A stretch of 64,000 bases of DNA from an uncultured Bacteriovoracaceae bacterium (GCA_964477895.1 CAYZFQ010000001.1:343750-407749), one strand, 5' to 3'; counted from the first letter of the stretch, positions 19,928-29,918 are shown. Notes: generated by a model not told the origin, from the letters alone. Program-made: numbers and translations.

Positions 19928-20931
19928 TCTTGAATTTCTCCGGCCAGATTTTTTTCAAATAATTTACGAAAAGGTTCCAGTGAGTAACCACGGCCAAGGA
20001 GGACCATCATTTTTACCAGGGCCGTTTCCCAGGTCATGTCACCTGCCGAAATCGCGCCCGACTCTGCGGCGGCTCTCCCGGTTTCATAGAGGGATAGATT
20101 CACGGAGCCGAAGAGAGCTTGAGAGCAGATTACAGTGGGGATTCCGCGTTCCGTGAGACTACGAATAAAGTGAAGAACGGATTTTTCTTCCATGGGGATG
20201 TCGCCCGGGCCAAAGGCTTGGAGCAGGACACCCTTAATTCCGCTGTGAATGAGTTTCAAAAATACCTCGGCGTCCACACCTGGAAAAAGAGTGAGGCACA
20301 ACACGCTGGTTTCAATTCGCGGGTCAAAGCTGTAAGGTCCTCGCGGAAGGGGAGAGTTATTGTACTCTGTTTTCACTCCCACCTTAGCCAGGGCGGGAAG
20401 ATTGGGGCTTTCAAAGGCACTGAAGCTCGGAATGGAAACTTTTTTGCTGCGATTTCCACGTATCAAAACAGAATCAAAAAAAACGCAAACCTCTTTCACT
20501 ACGGCTTCAGCGGCGATCTCAACAGCATAGAGAAGATTTCGGGGCGCATCAGACTTGGGATCTTCTAGTGGTCTTTGGGCCCCCGTTAAAATCACGGGCT
20601 TGGGCACGTTCTGCAGCATGAAACTCAAGGCGGCTGCCGTGAACGACATCGTATCGGTTCCGTGGGTAATTACAAAAGCGTCCCACTCATTCATTTGGCT
20701 GTGAAGCTTTTTGCCGAGTTCAATCCAATCTCGAGGCACCATATTGCTGGAGTCTTTGTTGAAAAGAATTTCAAAGTGAATGTGCGCGATGTCAAAAATA
20801 CGTGGCACGTATTTGCGTAGAGCCATTAAGAAGTTCTCGGCGCCGGCGCTGCCGGACAAAGTCATGCCGATGGTGCCACCCGTGTGTAAAATGCAAATAC
20901 GTTTTTTGGCAGACTGCTTAATTACGGACAT
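19924..20931 (-). CDS. ansA: L-asparaginase type I, 335 aa
   Basis: Threonine active-site motif ILHTGGTIGM, plus HGTDTM. 4-nt overlap with suhB. Confidence 0.85.
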   Translation of the reverse strand: MSVIKQSAKKRICILHTGGTIGMTLSGSAGAENFLMALRKYVPRIFDIAHIHFEILFNKDSSNMVPRDWIELGKKLHSQMNEWDAFVITHGTDTMSFTAAALSFMLQNVPKPVILTGAQRPLEDPKSDAPRNLLYAVEIAAEAVVKEVCVFFDSVLIRGNRSKKVSIPSFSAFESPNLPALAKVGVKTEYNNSPLPRGPYSFDPRIETSVLCLTLFPGVDAEVFLKLIHSGIKGVLLQAFGPGDIPMEEKSVLHFIRSLTERGIPTVICSQALFGSVNLSLYETGRAAAESGAISAGDMTWETALVKMMVLLGRGYSLEPFRKLFEKNLAGEIQE

Positions 20932-21349
20932 TGGAAATATCCTTAAATATGGCTTTCATTAAATCGCGGCGCGACACCACCCCCATTAGTTTTTTTCGAT
21001 CGTCCACCACCGGGAATCGTTTCACTCGATATTTAACAAGTAGAAGGAGCACATCTCGAAAGGGGGCCTTCAGGGGAATGGTTTTCGCAGGCTTGGAATA
21101 GGTGATGGGGCCATCGAGTTTCTGTCCGGCTCCCTGCAGCATGGCATCGAGCTCTGAATAGACTCCCAAAACAGTTTCGCTCTCGTCTACCACAACGAGT
21201 CCGCTGATTTTGTGATTGATCATCATTTCCATGGCGTGGCGAATGGTGGTGCTGGGCGTGGCGTAGATAACTTTCCGCGACATGAAATGAGAGATAGGAG
21301 TGAGGGCTAACTCAGTGGAGATGGGGGGAAGGGAGCTGGAATCGACCAT
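20918..21349 (-). CDS. CBS-domain pair protein, 143 aa
   Basis: Two CBS-like repeats (VIYATPSTTIRHAMEMMINHKISGLVVVD... and LKAPFRDVLLLLVKYRVKRFPVVD). Confidence 0.7.
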   Translation of the reverse strand: MVDSSSLPPISTELALTPISHFMSRKVIYATPSTTIRHAMEMMINHKISGLVVVDESETVLGVYSELDAMLQGAGQKLDGPITYSKPAKTIPLKAPFRDVLLLLVKYRVKRFPVVDDRKKLMGVVSRRDLMKAIFKDISNVRN

Positions 21350-21385
21350 AGGGTCTTTTTAACCGATAGAAATTCTTTTTTCGCC

Positions 21386-21835
21386 GTGGGGATGTTACTT
21401 TATTTCTTAGGGCAAAGAGGGGATGGGGTGATGGTCGCTAAAGGTAATAAACTAAGTACGGCGATGATCTTCACTCGTTCTGAGGAAAATGCAGCTTTGT
21501 TGCAGTCATTGCTGGAAAAAGAAGGGGTGCGTCTTTTGGAGTGGGTGGCGTCAGGAGTGAACTGGGCGGATGCCTGGACCAAGCATAAGCCGCAGCTCAT
21601 TATTGTGGATTTGCACCTTCCCAGACGCGATGGGTTGTTTTGTTTGGAGAAGCTGAGGGGACTAGATCCAGATTGTAATGTCATTCTCACCCATGCCTAT
21701 CTGGGCCAGATGGCCAACCAGTTGGAAATTTTAGCTTTGGCTAAGGGCGCGGAAGCCGTTTTGCAGCGACCTTTTACTGCGGCAAGATTTTCAAACACTC
21801 TTGCGCGGGTGGCCCGAAAAGTGGCGATGTCTTAG
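21386..21835 (+). CDS. stand-alone response-regulator receiver (CheY-like) domain protein, 149 aa
   Basis: LIIVDLHLPRRDG provides the phospho-acceptor Asp context and T/K positions are present. The N-terminal acidic pocket is atypical (TRSEEN). Confidence 0.55.
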   Translation: MGMLLYFLGQRGDGVMVAKGNKLSTAMIFTRSEENAALLQSLLEKEGVRLLEWVASGVNWADAWTKHKPQLIIVDLHLPRRDGLFCLEKLRGLDPDCNVILTHAYLGQMANQLEILALAKGAEAVLQRPFTAARFSNTLARVARKVAMS

Positions 21836-21862
21836 GGGCGCAAGGCATAGTCAGTTTTCTTT

Positions 21863-22477
21863 CTAGGAAAAGCCCAGCGAAATAAGATTTTGTTCCGCCC
21901 GAAGCTGTGCAATTTTTTGCAGCATCTCGTGCGCACTCAAGCGGTCAATTCCCAATAAATCCAAACGATTTTTCATTACGTAATTTTTTATCCCGACATA
22001 GTCCTTCCCCCACTCTACAATGCGAGTAAAGGGCCGGGCCTGCCAAAAATGTTTAAGTGAAGAAGCTTTTCTCCAGGCTCTACCTTTCTGAGCATCAAGA
22101 ATAGTGCGGGCCAAAATCCCGCTAAGAGCGCGGATAAATCTGCGATAAGCGTAAATAGACTTGGGCTGAATCACAAGATGGACATGGTCGTGAGCCACTG
22201 CGATATCTCGAAGTTGCACTAGGGTTTTATTTCCCACATCCCTAGTGATTTTCTCAATCTGACTCGCCATTAAGATAAGACTCGTGACACCTCCGACGTT
22301 GGAGGTGGAAAGCTTCATCCACGCCGATTTCATCACCAAATGCATAGGCCGCTTCACGGCAATAGGACGAGCGGTGCGGGGATTGCCTTTGGCTTTCCCC
22401 GCACCTCCAAAAGCCTGCGACTTTTTCCAATCAAATCCGGGGAGAGGTATTTGAACGGATCGAGCTGCGAACTTCAT
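21863..22477 (-). CDS. IS200/IS605-family HUH tyrosine transposase-like protein (REP-associated tyrosine transposase, RAYT-like), 204 aa
   Basis: HuH motif HDHVHLVIQP, then WQARPFTRIVEW, then the catalytic-Tyr region KNYVMKN, in the order expected for a Y1 transposase. No IS ends or subterminal hairpins flank it. Confidence 0.55.
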   Translation of the reverse strand: MKFAARSVQIPLPGFDWKKSQAFGGAGKAKGNPRTARPIAVKRPMHLVMKSAWMKLSTSNVGGVTSLILMASQIEKITRDVGNKTLVQLRDIAVAHDHVHLVIQPKSIYAYRRFIRALSGILARTILDAQKGRAWRKASSLKHFWQARPFTRIVEWGKDYVGIKNYVMKNRLDLLGIDRLSAHEMLQKIAQLRAEQNLISLGFS

Positions 22478-22720
22478 AAGGACTTTCTACTCCAATATTT
22501 TACCAATGTAAATGACATCGCTGAAAATAGTTTGACGGCTGTTTTTTACTCCGTATTTTGTATGGTCTAAAAATGGAATTTTGTTCGGCGCTAACCCATC
22601 TTGGTTTTTTTTCTGATTGGGGGGTCTTCACTTTGATGTTGTTGAGGCACTTGCGCGGTTCCCCCGATCCTCTGCAGGGTGGGTGACGTGTGCAAAAAGT
22701 TCTCTGACGCCTTCTAAAAC

Positions 22721-22764
22721 TAAAAAACCAGCGGGCCAGGATTTTGAAGTCCTGGCGCCGCTGG
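22721..22764 (-). terminator. rho-independent terminator downstream of flagellin gene 1
   Basis: Hairpin CCAGCGG-GCCAGGA-ttttgaag-TCCTGGC-GCCGCTGG, followed on the minus strand by TTTTTT. Confidence 0.5.
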
Positions 22765-22909
22765 CACGATGTTTCGGGCGAAAAAATCCGTCTCCGACGG
22801 ACACTCCGTTCCTTTAAGTTAGAGCTAAAGAAGGGAGGTTCTCCAACCCCGTCCTACTGGACAGAGTGCAAGTCGGTGGACCTCCCGCCCAAACCAAATT
22901 GGGCCTTAG

Positions 22910-23737
22910 TTACAAGAGCTTCAGAGCAAGTCCAGTGCTTTGGTTCGCTTGAGCCAAAGTTGCTACACCGGCGTTCTGAAGAATTGAAGTCTTGGCAAGC
23001 TCGGCCGACTCTACAGCCAAGTCAGCGTCCTTGATTCGGCTGTTCGCTGCCGACAAGTTCTCACGGTAAACTTCGATGTTGTTAATTGTAGAGCTCATTC
23101 GGCTTTGAACCGCACCGAAGTTAGAGCGCATTCCGGCTACCTTTGCGATGGCTTCTTCAACGCTATCCAAAGTGTCGCGAGCCGAAGACTTGGAATCTAC
23201 AGATATGCCCGATACCCCAAGTGACGACACTGTAGCGTTAGCTTTGCTGGCGTCGTAAGTGATGCGGTTATTTTCGCTACCACGAATACCTACTTGGAAG
23301 TCGAGTTCGCTAGCGCTTCCGTCCAGCAATTTGGTTCCGGAATATTCGGTAGTTTGGGCGATCCGTTCCATTTCTTGTTTGAGTTGTTGCACTTCGATGT
23401 TTACGAAGCCACGTTCTTTTTCGCCGATAGTATCGGAAGCGGCTTGAGTGGCCAATTCACGAAGTCGAACCAAGATGTTCGAAGTTTCGCTCAGTCCACC
23501 TTCTGCCACTTGCACGAAAGAAATACCGTCTTGGGCGTTACGTTGTGCTTGGCCGAAGGCTCTGATCGATCCGCGCATTTGTTCGGAGATCGCGAGGCCG
23601 GCCACGTCGTCCATCGACTTGTTGATGCGATAGCCAGAAGACAGACGCTCCATGGCTTTCTCTAATCCTGAACCGTTTTGGCGCAGGTTGCGTTGCGCGT
23701 TCACGCTCGCAATGTTTGTTTGAATTCTCAGACCCAT
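22910..23737 (-). CDS. fliC: flagellin, 275 aa
   Basis: Conserved flagellin N-terminus MGLRIQTNIASVNAQRNL and C-terminus LQNAGVATLAQANQSTGLALKLL. Confidence 0.9.
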   Translation of the reverse strand: MGLRIQTNIASVNAQRNLRQNGSGLEKAMERLSSGYRINKSMDDVAGLAISEQMRGSIRAFGQAQRNAQDGISFVQVAEGGLSETSNILVRLRELATQAASDTIGEKERGFVNIEVQQLKQEMERIAQTTEYSGTKLLDGSASELDFQVGIRGSENNRITYDASKANATVSSLGVSGISVDSKSSARDTLDSVEEAIAKVAGMRSNFGAVQSRMSSTINNIEVYRENLSAANSRIKDADLAVESAELAKTSILQNAGVATLAQANQSTGLALKLL

Positions 23738-23846
23738 AAAAAACCCTCCCTAAAACTCTGGGCACCATGCTCAGAGTTGTTTTCGATTGGGATGCTGGGT
23801 TGAGGCTTTGGGCCTCTAACGCATCGCATCAAAAACTGATATACCG

Positions 23847-23873
23847 GGATCGGCAGAGGGCGAAAAATCTTTA
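23847..23873 (-). promoter_or_regulatory. sigma-28 (FliA)-type promoter for flagellin gene 1
   Basis: Minus strand reads TAAAGATT-N11-GCCGATCC against consensus TAAAGTTT-N11-GCCGATAA. Located about 110 nt upstream of ATG 23737. Confidence 0.55.
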
Positions 23874-23945
23874 ATGCATTGCGTTGTGAATGGGCGGGGG
23901 GTTGGTGCGAAGTGCTGTGAGTTCAGCAACTTAAAGAATTATATA

Positions 23946-24013
23946 AAGTTTGTGTAAAAAAAAGACCCACCCCCAGGAACCCCTTTAAAGGGGTTCCCGA
24001 GGGTGGGTCTTTT
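23946..24013. terminator. bidirectional rho-independent terminator (long GC hairpin flanked by A-run and T-run) downstream of flagellin gene 2
   Basis: AAAAAAAA-GACCCACCCCCAGGAACCCC-tttaaa-GGGGTTCCCGAGGGTGGGTC-TTTT. A second small hairpin GTCCGCC-aga-GGCGGAC lies at 24033..24053. Confidence 0.6.
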
Positions 24014-24059
24014 AGATCTGATTAGAAAATTGAGTCCGCCAGAGGCGGACCCATCACAA

Positions 24060-24893
24060 TCAACCGATTAACTTCAGAGCCATTCCAGTGTTCTGGTTGG
24101 CTTGAGCTAATACCGAAGTCGAAGCTTGAGTCTTCACGGTGTCACGAGTCAGGCTCGCAGTCACATCCGAGAAGTCAGTATCACGAATTCGGCTCTTAGC
24201 AGCGCTGAAGTTCTCGATCGCAACTTCCGTGTTGTTGATCGTAGAACCTAAACGGTTTTGAAGGGCACCGAGGTTAGCACGATTGCTGTTCAACACGATC
24301 AGCGATTTATCGAGAGCATCCAAGTTGCTTTGAGCAGCTTGTTTGGTTCCGATATCAACTTTGCTCAGGCCAAGCGAATCCAAAGTCACGTTGGTTTCGC
24401 CAGGATTGTAGCTAATACGGTCCAAGAATTCGTCGTTCTTCACACCGATTTGAAACTCAAGCTTTTCGCCTTCTCCGCGAAGAAGGGGCGTGCCGTTATA
24501 CTCAGTAGACTGAGCAATTCGTTGCACTTCAAGTTTCAATTGTTGGGCTTCACGGTTGAGGTATTCGCGCTCTTTTAATCCGATAGTGTCGGAAGCGGCT
24601 TGTACGCTCAACTCACGAAGACGAACGATCATGTTAGAAATTTCGTTCATGCCACCTTCGGCCACTTGAACGAAAGAGATACCGTCTTGAGCGTTACGCG
24701 CTGATTGACGGAAGCTTCGGATGTTGGCATTCAAGTTCTCGCTGATCGCAAGACCTGCCGCATCGTCGGCTGATTTGTTGATTCGCGAACCGGAAGAGAG
24801 TTTCTCATATCCAGACGCTAGTTCGGCTTGGTTCGTACGCAAGTTTCTTTGCGCGTTGATGGCCGACATGTTTGTATTAATTCGCATTCCCAT
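24060..24893 (-). CDS. fliC: flagellin (second tandem copy), 278 aa from ATG 24893
   Basis: MGMRINTNMSAINAQRNL... and ...LAQANQNTGMALKLIG. AGGAG SD lies 8 nt upstream of ATG 24893. The track ORF extends further upstream without an SD. Confidence 0.9.
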   Translation of the reverse strand: MGMRINTNMSAINAQRNLRTNQAELASGYEKLSSGSRINKSADDAAGLAISENLNANIRSFRQSARNAQDGISFVQVAEGGMNEISNMIVRLRELSVQAASDTIGLKEREYLNREAQQLKLEVQRIAQSTEYNGTPLLRGEGEKLEFQIGVKNDEFLDRISYNPGETNVTLDSLGLSKVDIGTKQAAQSNLDALDKSLIVLNSNRANLGALQNRLGSTINNTEVAIENFSAAKSRIRDTDFSDVTASLTRDTVKTQASTSVLAQANQNTGMALKLIG

Positions 24894-25238
24894 TTTTAGT
24901 CTCCTGTATAAAGGTTCATAATTTTCCTTCCGTGTATAATTTCCAGGTGGAGCGTCCTGCCGGGACATCTCGCTTCATCCGAACCTGGGCTGCCATCAGT
25001 GGCATGTGGTTAAAGGTCAAAAAAAATTTTTAGGTCTATGACCGCCGCAAATGAATACTTCACTCGCAGAGTCCATCCTTAGCCCGAACAAAATGTTCTC
25101 AGTCTTCCGAACCCCCTTTCTCTCTGACCCGTAACCGCGTGCACCTTTAGGCTGTGAGCCTCGAGGAGCGTTTAGCGCCACGGAATCTTCAAGCTGAACC
25201 GAGAAAGTTTTTTGACGACTTTTCTCGATACATAGTGT

Positions 25239-25265
25239 CTATCGGGAAATTGACGCTGAACTTTA
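25239..25265 (-). promoter_or_regulatory. sigma-28-like promoter, candidate for flagellin gene 2 (would give about a 335-nt leader)
   Basis: Minus strand reads TAAAGTTC-N11-CCCGATAG. The distance to ATG 24893 is unusually long. Confidence 0.35.
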
Positions 25266-25370
25266 GGCAAAAACGAAAGAATTTCAGTGTTTTAAGGCGA
25301 GTTTTGTAATGCTGCGCGTAAAGTGCTCACAATCATTGTTGCTTTGCCTCGCTGACGATATGCTGAAAGA

Positions 25371-26237
25371 GTGAATCTGCAGCACATTTCAGTCTTGTTG
25401 GACGAGATTTTGGACTCAGTGCCGTCAAAATCTATGGGTTCTTACTTAGATCTCACGGCAGGTGGGGGCGGTCATTTAGCCGGAGTCTTAAAAAAATGTC
25501 CGACTTGGCTCGCGGAGGCCTGGGACCAAGACCCCTTGGCTGAAGCTCGCATCCGCCAACGCATCGGCAAACACTCTGGATTTGATTTTAAACTTAAAAA
25601 CTTTCGCGAAGAGCCGCGTGATGGGAAAAAGTACACCTACATTTTGGCTGATCTCGGGATTTCTTCCTTTCAGGTAGATGATCCAGAGCGCGGAATGAGT
25701 TTGTTTTCCGACCAACAACCAGACTTTCGTATGAACCCGCAAAAGGGTGAGAATTTTCTCACCTGGTTGAGGACAAAGAGTATAGAAGAGCTCAGGGCGA
25801 TCTTCGAAAATTTTGGCGAAGAGCCCCGGGCTGAGAAATTGGCTTCCGCGATGAAGTCGTGGGCCCCAGATTCTTTTCAATCCTCCAAAATTTTGGCGCA
25901 GAAAATTGCCGACACTCTTTCCTATAAAAGTCCTAGCCGTAATCATCCCGCAACCCGGGCTTTTCAGGCCCTGCGCATGGCGATAAATGGGGAGTTAGAT
26001 GCCCTCAAAGAGCTCTTGGACTGGGCTCCACAGGCCCTAGAGTTGGGGGGGCGCTTGGCTATCATCACCTTTCACTCTCTCGAAGATCGGCTGGTAAAAA
26101 ATCGCTTTCGTCGCTTGGCCCAAGAAGGCTCCTTCGTTATTCTAACAAAGAAGCCTGTGCTGCCTTCTTTGAGGGAGCTTGAGGAGAATCCTCGGTCTCG
26201 GAGTGCGAAATTGCGTATTCTTGAGCGGGGCGCCTGA
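25371..26237 (+). CDS. rsmH: 16S rRNA (cytosine1402-N4)-methyltransferase RsmH/MraW, 288 aa
   Basis: GTG start. N-terminal HISVLLDEILD and SAM-binding DLTAGGGGH motifs. First gene of the dcw cluster; no mraZ upstream. Confidence 0.85.
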   Translation: MNLQHISVLLDEILDSVPSKSMGSYLDLTAGGGGHLAGVLKKCPTWLAEAWDQDPLAEARIRQRIGKHSGFDFKLKNFREEPRDGKKYTYILADLGISSFQVDDPERGMSLFSDQQPDFRMNPQKGENFLTWLRTKSIEELRAIFENFGEEPRAEKLASAMKSWAPDSFQSSKILAQKIADTLSYKSPSRNHPATRAFQALRMAINGELDALKELLDWAPQALELGGRLAIITFHSLEDRLVKNRFRRLAQEGSFVILTKKPVLPSLRELEENPRSRSAKLRILERGA

Positions 26238-26265
26238 GGACCAGGATCAAAAGGGGGATGGGATT

Positions 26266-26553
26266 TTGAGACCTTGGTTAAAATTGTGTTCTTTTTTTCT
26301 GCTGTGCGTGGTCTTTCTTCTTTTTCATATTTGGACTCGCACCAAAGTTGTGGAGCTAAGTTACCGCAGCGCCGGGGTGCAGAAATCGGTTCAAAGCCTC
26401 GAAGCAAAGCTTATTCGTCTGCAAAGTGAACGTAGTCGGCAGCGAAGCGGAGAAAATCTAGAAGCCTGGGTGAGGCGCTATTCAGCCAAAGGGTTGATTT
26501 TTGAGAACCCAAAGCCCGAGCAAATACATTACTTTTCCACTGAGAGTCTATGA
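26266..26553 (+). CDS. ftsL: cell-division protein FtsL-like (about 96 aa from TTG 26266; start uncertain)
   Basis: Single TM helix followed by a coiled-coil (LEAKLIRLQSERSRQ), positioned between rsmH and ftsI. GGGGGA SD-like sequence lies 9 nt upstream of the TTG. Confidence 0.5.
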   Translation: MRPWLKLCSFFLLCVVFLLFHIWTRTKVVELSYRSAGVQKSVQSLEAKLIRLQSERSRQRSGENLEAWVRRYSAKGLIFENPKPEQIHYFSTESL

Positions 26554-28478
26554 TTCGGATTCGCTTGTATATTCTCAGTGGCTTCTTTGTGGGAATTTTT
26601 GCCCTTATTCTTTTCCGATCTTTTCAATTGCAACTTTTGCCTCACGAAAAGATAGAGGCTCTGGCCCGACGTCAATCTTCTCAAAAAATTGAAATCGCGG
26701 GACGGCGTGGGCCCATTAGCGATCGAGAAGGGCGCATTCTGGCCGTTTCTGTGAATTCTCAGTCACTCTTTGCCCACCCTCATCAAATTGCAAATCCTCA
26801 AAAAACTGCGCGCGCCCTCGCTCGCAAATTGGGATTGTCGGAGCGCCACATCTTGAACCGACTTAAGGAAAATCCCGAAAAAAGATTTGTTTGGCTTTCC
26901 CGTCAGCTTTCCAATCGTCAGCTTCAGAACTTATCCAAAATGAATCTGAAAAATTATCCTGGCATAGGTGTGGTGCAGGAATATCGTCGGGAATACCCGC
27001 GGGAAACTCTAGCTTCTCATATCCTGGGCTTTGTATCCTTAGACGGCAAAGGACTTGAGGGAATCGAAAAAAAGTTTGATGCTCAGTTGCAGGGCGAAGC
27101 CTCTGAGCTGAGTTTCAAGAGAGATGCCAAGGGCCGTGCACTTTTTCTGAGTTCTGAAAAACGCGATAGTCTTAGCCATGCCGGTCAATCGGTGGAGCTC
27201 TCGATCGACGCCAACCTCCAAGCTTCTACGGAACGGGCTTTGGCTCGGTCCGTAGCAAAATTTTCGGCCAACGGTGGGATTGCCATTGTGATGGAACCCA
27301 ACAGCGGTGAGATTCTTGCGATGGCCGTAAGCCCCGGATTCAATCCTAACGAAGCGGGAAAATTTGCAGCCGAACAGCGTCGCAACCGCAGCATCACCGA
27401 CCCCATTGAGCCCGGAAGTGTGGTGAAGCCCCTGGTGGTGGCCAAAGCCATCGAAGATAAAATTGTCACAGAAAAAAGTTTAATCAATGCCGGCCAAGGC
27501 TTTGTTCGGGTAGGTCGTAAAACAATTGGCGAGGCGGATGCAAAACATCGTTTTGACCGCGTAAGTATTGCAGATCTGATTCGAGTCTCGAGCAATGTGG
27601 GGACGGTTTTTCTACAGCAGAAAATGGGTTTTGAGAAAGTCGAAGAGATTTTTTTACGACTGGGTTTTAATAAATCGACGGGGCTTGAGGTGCCCGGCGA
27701 ATCTCGCGGACTTTTTAAGCCCGTGGGGCGCAATCAATTGCTCGAACAAGCGACAATGAGTTTTGGCCAAGGTTTTGCGATTACGCCGATGCAGATTATC
27801 AAGGCCTACGCGCCTCTAGCTAACGGAGGTTTTAATATCCAACCTCGTTTGGTCAAAAACGCTCCTTTGGCAGAGGGTGGAGTGCCCGACCGAGTTTTCT
27901 CTGAGTCCACGGTTGTAGCTATGCGAAAAATTTTAGAGCGGGTGGTGCAAGACGAAGGCACGGGCGTTCAGGCCAAAGTTGAGAATTTTTCTGTGGCTGG
28001 GAAAACCGGAACTTCCCAAAAAGTAGATTTCAAGAATGGTGGGTATAAAAGTGGGGCGTACTGGTCGTCCTTTGTGGGCTTCTTACCGTCTCAAAAGCCT
28101 CGATTTTTAATCTACACGATGATCGACGAAGCTCGGGGCCTTGAGTACTACGGAGGGCAAGTTGCAGCCCCTCTCTTTTCGGAGATCGCTCGGGATGCCT
28201 TGCGGCTGATACCCGAAAAACGAACTCCCCCTAAAGCCCAGGCAGGAGTTCAGTTGGCAAAAAAAAATAAGAAGGTTCTTCCCGAGGCAAGACCTCCGCT
28301 GATGGAGAAGGATGGCCCAGAATCTTTGCAGGAATTGCCGCTTCGCCAGGCTTTGCGAAAGTTAGAAGGTCATAAGGCGCGAGTGGAAATTCTCAACGTG
28401 GGAACCAAGGTCGACACAGCCGAGTATATTTACGACAAAAATTCGGAGCTCACCAAGGTCCGACTCAGGCTACGGTAA
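26550..28478 (+). CDS. ftsI: peptidoglycan D,D-transpeptidase FtsI (PBP3-type), 642 aa
   Basis: Transpeptidase motifs SVVKP (SXXK) and KTGTS (KTG) plus an N-terminal membrane anchor. Confidence 0.9.
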   Translation: MIRIRLYILSGFFVGIFALILFRSFQLQLLPHEKIEALARRQSSQKIEIAGRRGPISDREGRILAVSVNSQSLFAHPHQIANPQKTARALARKLGLSERHILNRLKENPEKRFVWLSRQLSNRQLQNLSKMNLKNYPGIGVVQEYRREYPRETLASHILGFVSLDGKGLEGIEKKFDAQLQGEASELSFKRDAKGRALFLSSEKRDSLSHAGQSVELSIDANLQASTERALARSVAKFSANGGIAIVMEPNSGEILAMAVSPGFNPNEAGKFAAEQRRNRSITDPIEPGSVVKPLVVAKAIEDKIVTEKSLINAGQGFVRVGRKTIGEADAKHRFDRVSIADLIRVSSNVGTVFLQQKMGFEKVEEIFLRLGFNKSTGLEVPGESRGLFKPVGRNQLLEQATMSFGQGFAITPMQIIKAYAPLANGGFNIQPRLVKNAPLAEGGVPDRVFSESTVVAMRKILERVVQDEGTGVQAKVENFSVAGKTGTSQKVDFKNGGYKSGAYWSSFVGFLPSQKPRFLIYTMIDEARGLEYYGGQVAAPLFSEIARDALRLIPEKRTPPKAQAGVQLAKKNKKVLPEARPPLMEKDGPESLQELPLRQALRKLEGHKARVEILNVGTKVDTAEYIYDKNSELTKVRLRLR

Positions 28479-29911
28479 TGGGATTAAAAGATTTGCTCAT
28501 CCAAAAGTTTCCTGAAGGGATATGGAAGGATCGGCGATTGGTTTGGGACAGTCGGCAAACGGTGGGAGATGAGAATCCCGAATGGGTCTTTCTCCCCACG
28601 GACTATCCGCTTTCGCCGGAGATCCAGCAAGATTTATTGAAGCGGCCTCAGGCCCAGCCCCTCGTTAAATCTCGTAAAGAGTGGGGAATGATTTGGTCGC
28701 AAATCTATCAGAACCCTAGTGCCCGCCTCAAAGTGTGGGGAGTTACTGGCACCAATGGAAAAAGCACCACGGTGGCCATCTTGCGCCAACTTATTCTTGC
28801 CTTTGGTGAAGACGTGGCGGAGTTGGGAACCTTGGGGCTTAGCTACTATAAAAACTTGAAAAGCGAAGAAGCTCAGCAACACTGGGAGACCGGTTTCACA
28901 ACTCCCGAGGCTCCCACATTGCAGAACTTAATGGCCCAGCTTCGGGACGCGGGCGTAAAAAATCTTGTGATGGAAATTAGCAGTCATGCTTCGACCTTGG
29001 GGAGAGTGGCAGGAGTGGATTTTGATGGACTCATATTCACCAATCTCAGCCAAGATCACTTAGACTTTCATCACAGCATGGAGGCCTACGAAGCGGCAAA
29101 GGCGGATTTGTTTTTAAAGTACTTGCCCCTAGAAAAATCGCACAAACGCAAGTGTGTAGCTATTAACACTCAGGATCCTGCGGGACTTCGAATATTTAAA
29201 CAGTTGCCTGAAGATTTTGCGGCGAAGCCTTTTGCCCCGCAGAAAAACTATCAAATACTTAAGAGTGAGGCCTGCGGATTAAAAATTCAAAGCGAATGGG
29301 GAGACGTTGAGAGCCCTCTAGTCGGGGACTTTAATGCCGAAAATATTATGGGAGCTCTCTCCCTGCTCAGCTTTCACCCGGCCTTTAGTTTTGACCGAGC
29401 TCGGGATGTTCTTAAAAATTTTAATGGTCCCCGAGGCCGTATGCAAAAGGTTCCCGACCCTTTGTCCAGGCGACATGTTTTTGTGGACTATGCCCATAGT
29501 CCCGATGCCCTCGAGAAAGTTCTTCTCACTTTGCAGAAAATTAAAAAGCCTGGCCAAAAGCTTAGCGTGGTTTTTGGCTGTGGTGGAGATCGAGACCGTT
29601 TGAAGCGGCCCCTCATGGGGAAAATTGCCAGCCTTGTTGCCGACCGTATTATAGTTACGAGCGATAATCCGCGCGGTGAAGACCCTCAGTCCATAATTGA
29701 CGAGATTGCTTTGGGAATCTTAGCAAGAGAGGGCATGGAGTGGAGTGAGGAAGTGTCGCGTGAAAAGGCCATCGGCCTAGCCATTCAAGCCATGAAAAAT
29801 GATGACTTAGTTCTGATTGCGGGCAAGGGCCATGAGGAATTTCAAATTATCGGCACTCAGAAAAATCGCTTTTCCGATTTTGAAGTGGCCCTCTCCTTCA
29901 TGCAATCTTAA
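28478..29911 (+). CDS. murE: UDP-N-acetylmuramoyl-L-alanyl-D-glutamate--2,6-diaminopimelate ligase MurE, 477 aa
   Basis: Mur ligase P-loop GVTGTNGKSTT and the MurE DNPR motif (TSDNPRGEDP). Confidence 0.9.
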   Translation: MGLKDLLIQKFPEGIWKDRRLVWDSRQTVGDENPEWVFLPTDYPLSPEIQQDLLKRPQAQPLVKSRKEWGMIWSQIYQNPSARLKVWGVTGTNGKSTTVAILRQLILAFGEDVAELGTLGLSYYKNLKSEEAQQHWETGFTTPEAPTLQNLMAQLRDAGVKNLVMEISSHASTLGRVAGVDFDGLIFTNLSQDHLDFHHSMEAYEAAKADLFLKYLPLEKSHKRKCVAINTQDPAGLRIFKQLPEDFAAKPFAPQKNYQILKSEACGLKIQSEWGDVESPLVGDFNAENIMGALSLLSFHPAFSFDRARDVLKNFNGPRGRMQKVPDPLSRRHVFVDYAHSPDALEKVLLTLQKIKKPGQKLSVVFGCGGDRDRLKRPLMGKIASLVADRIIVTSDNPRGEDPQSIIDEIALGILAREGMEWSEEVSREKAIGLAIQAMKNDDLVLIAGKGHEEFQIIGTQKNRFSDFEVALSFMQS

Positions 29912-29918
29912 CTCTTAA

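Noticed and set aside
22617-23034. ORFs 22617..22817 and 22744..23034 between transposase and flagellin genes
   Set aside because: They overlap the fliC terminator hairpin and the 3' end of fliC. They show no SD and are low-complexity, so are likely noncoding.
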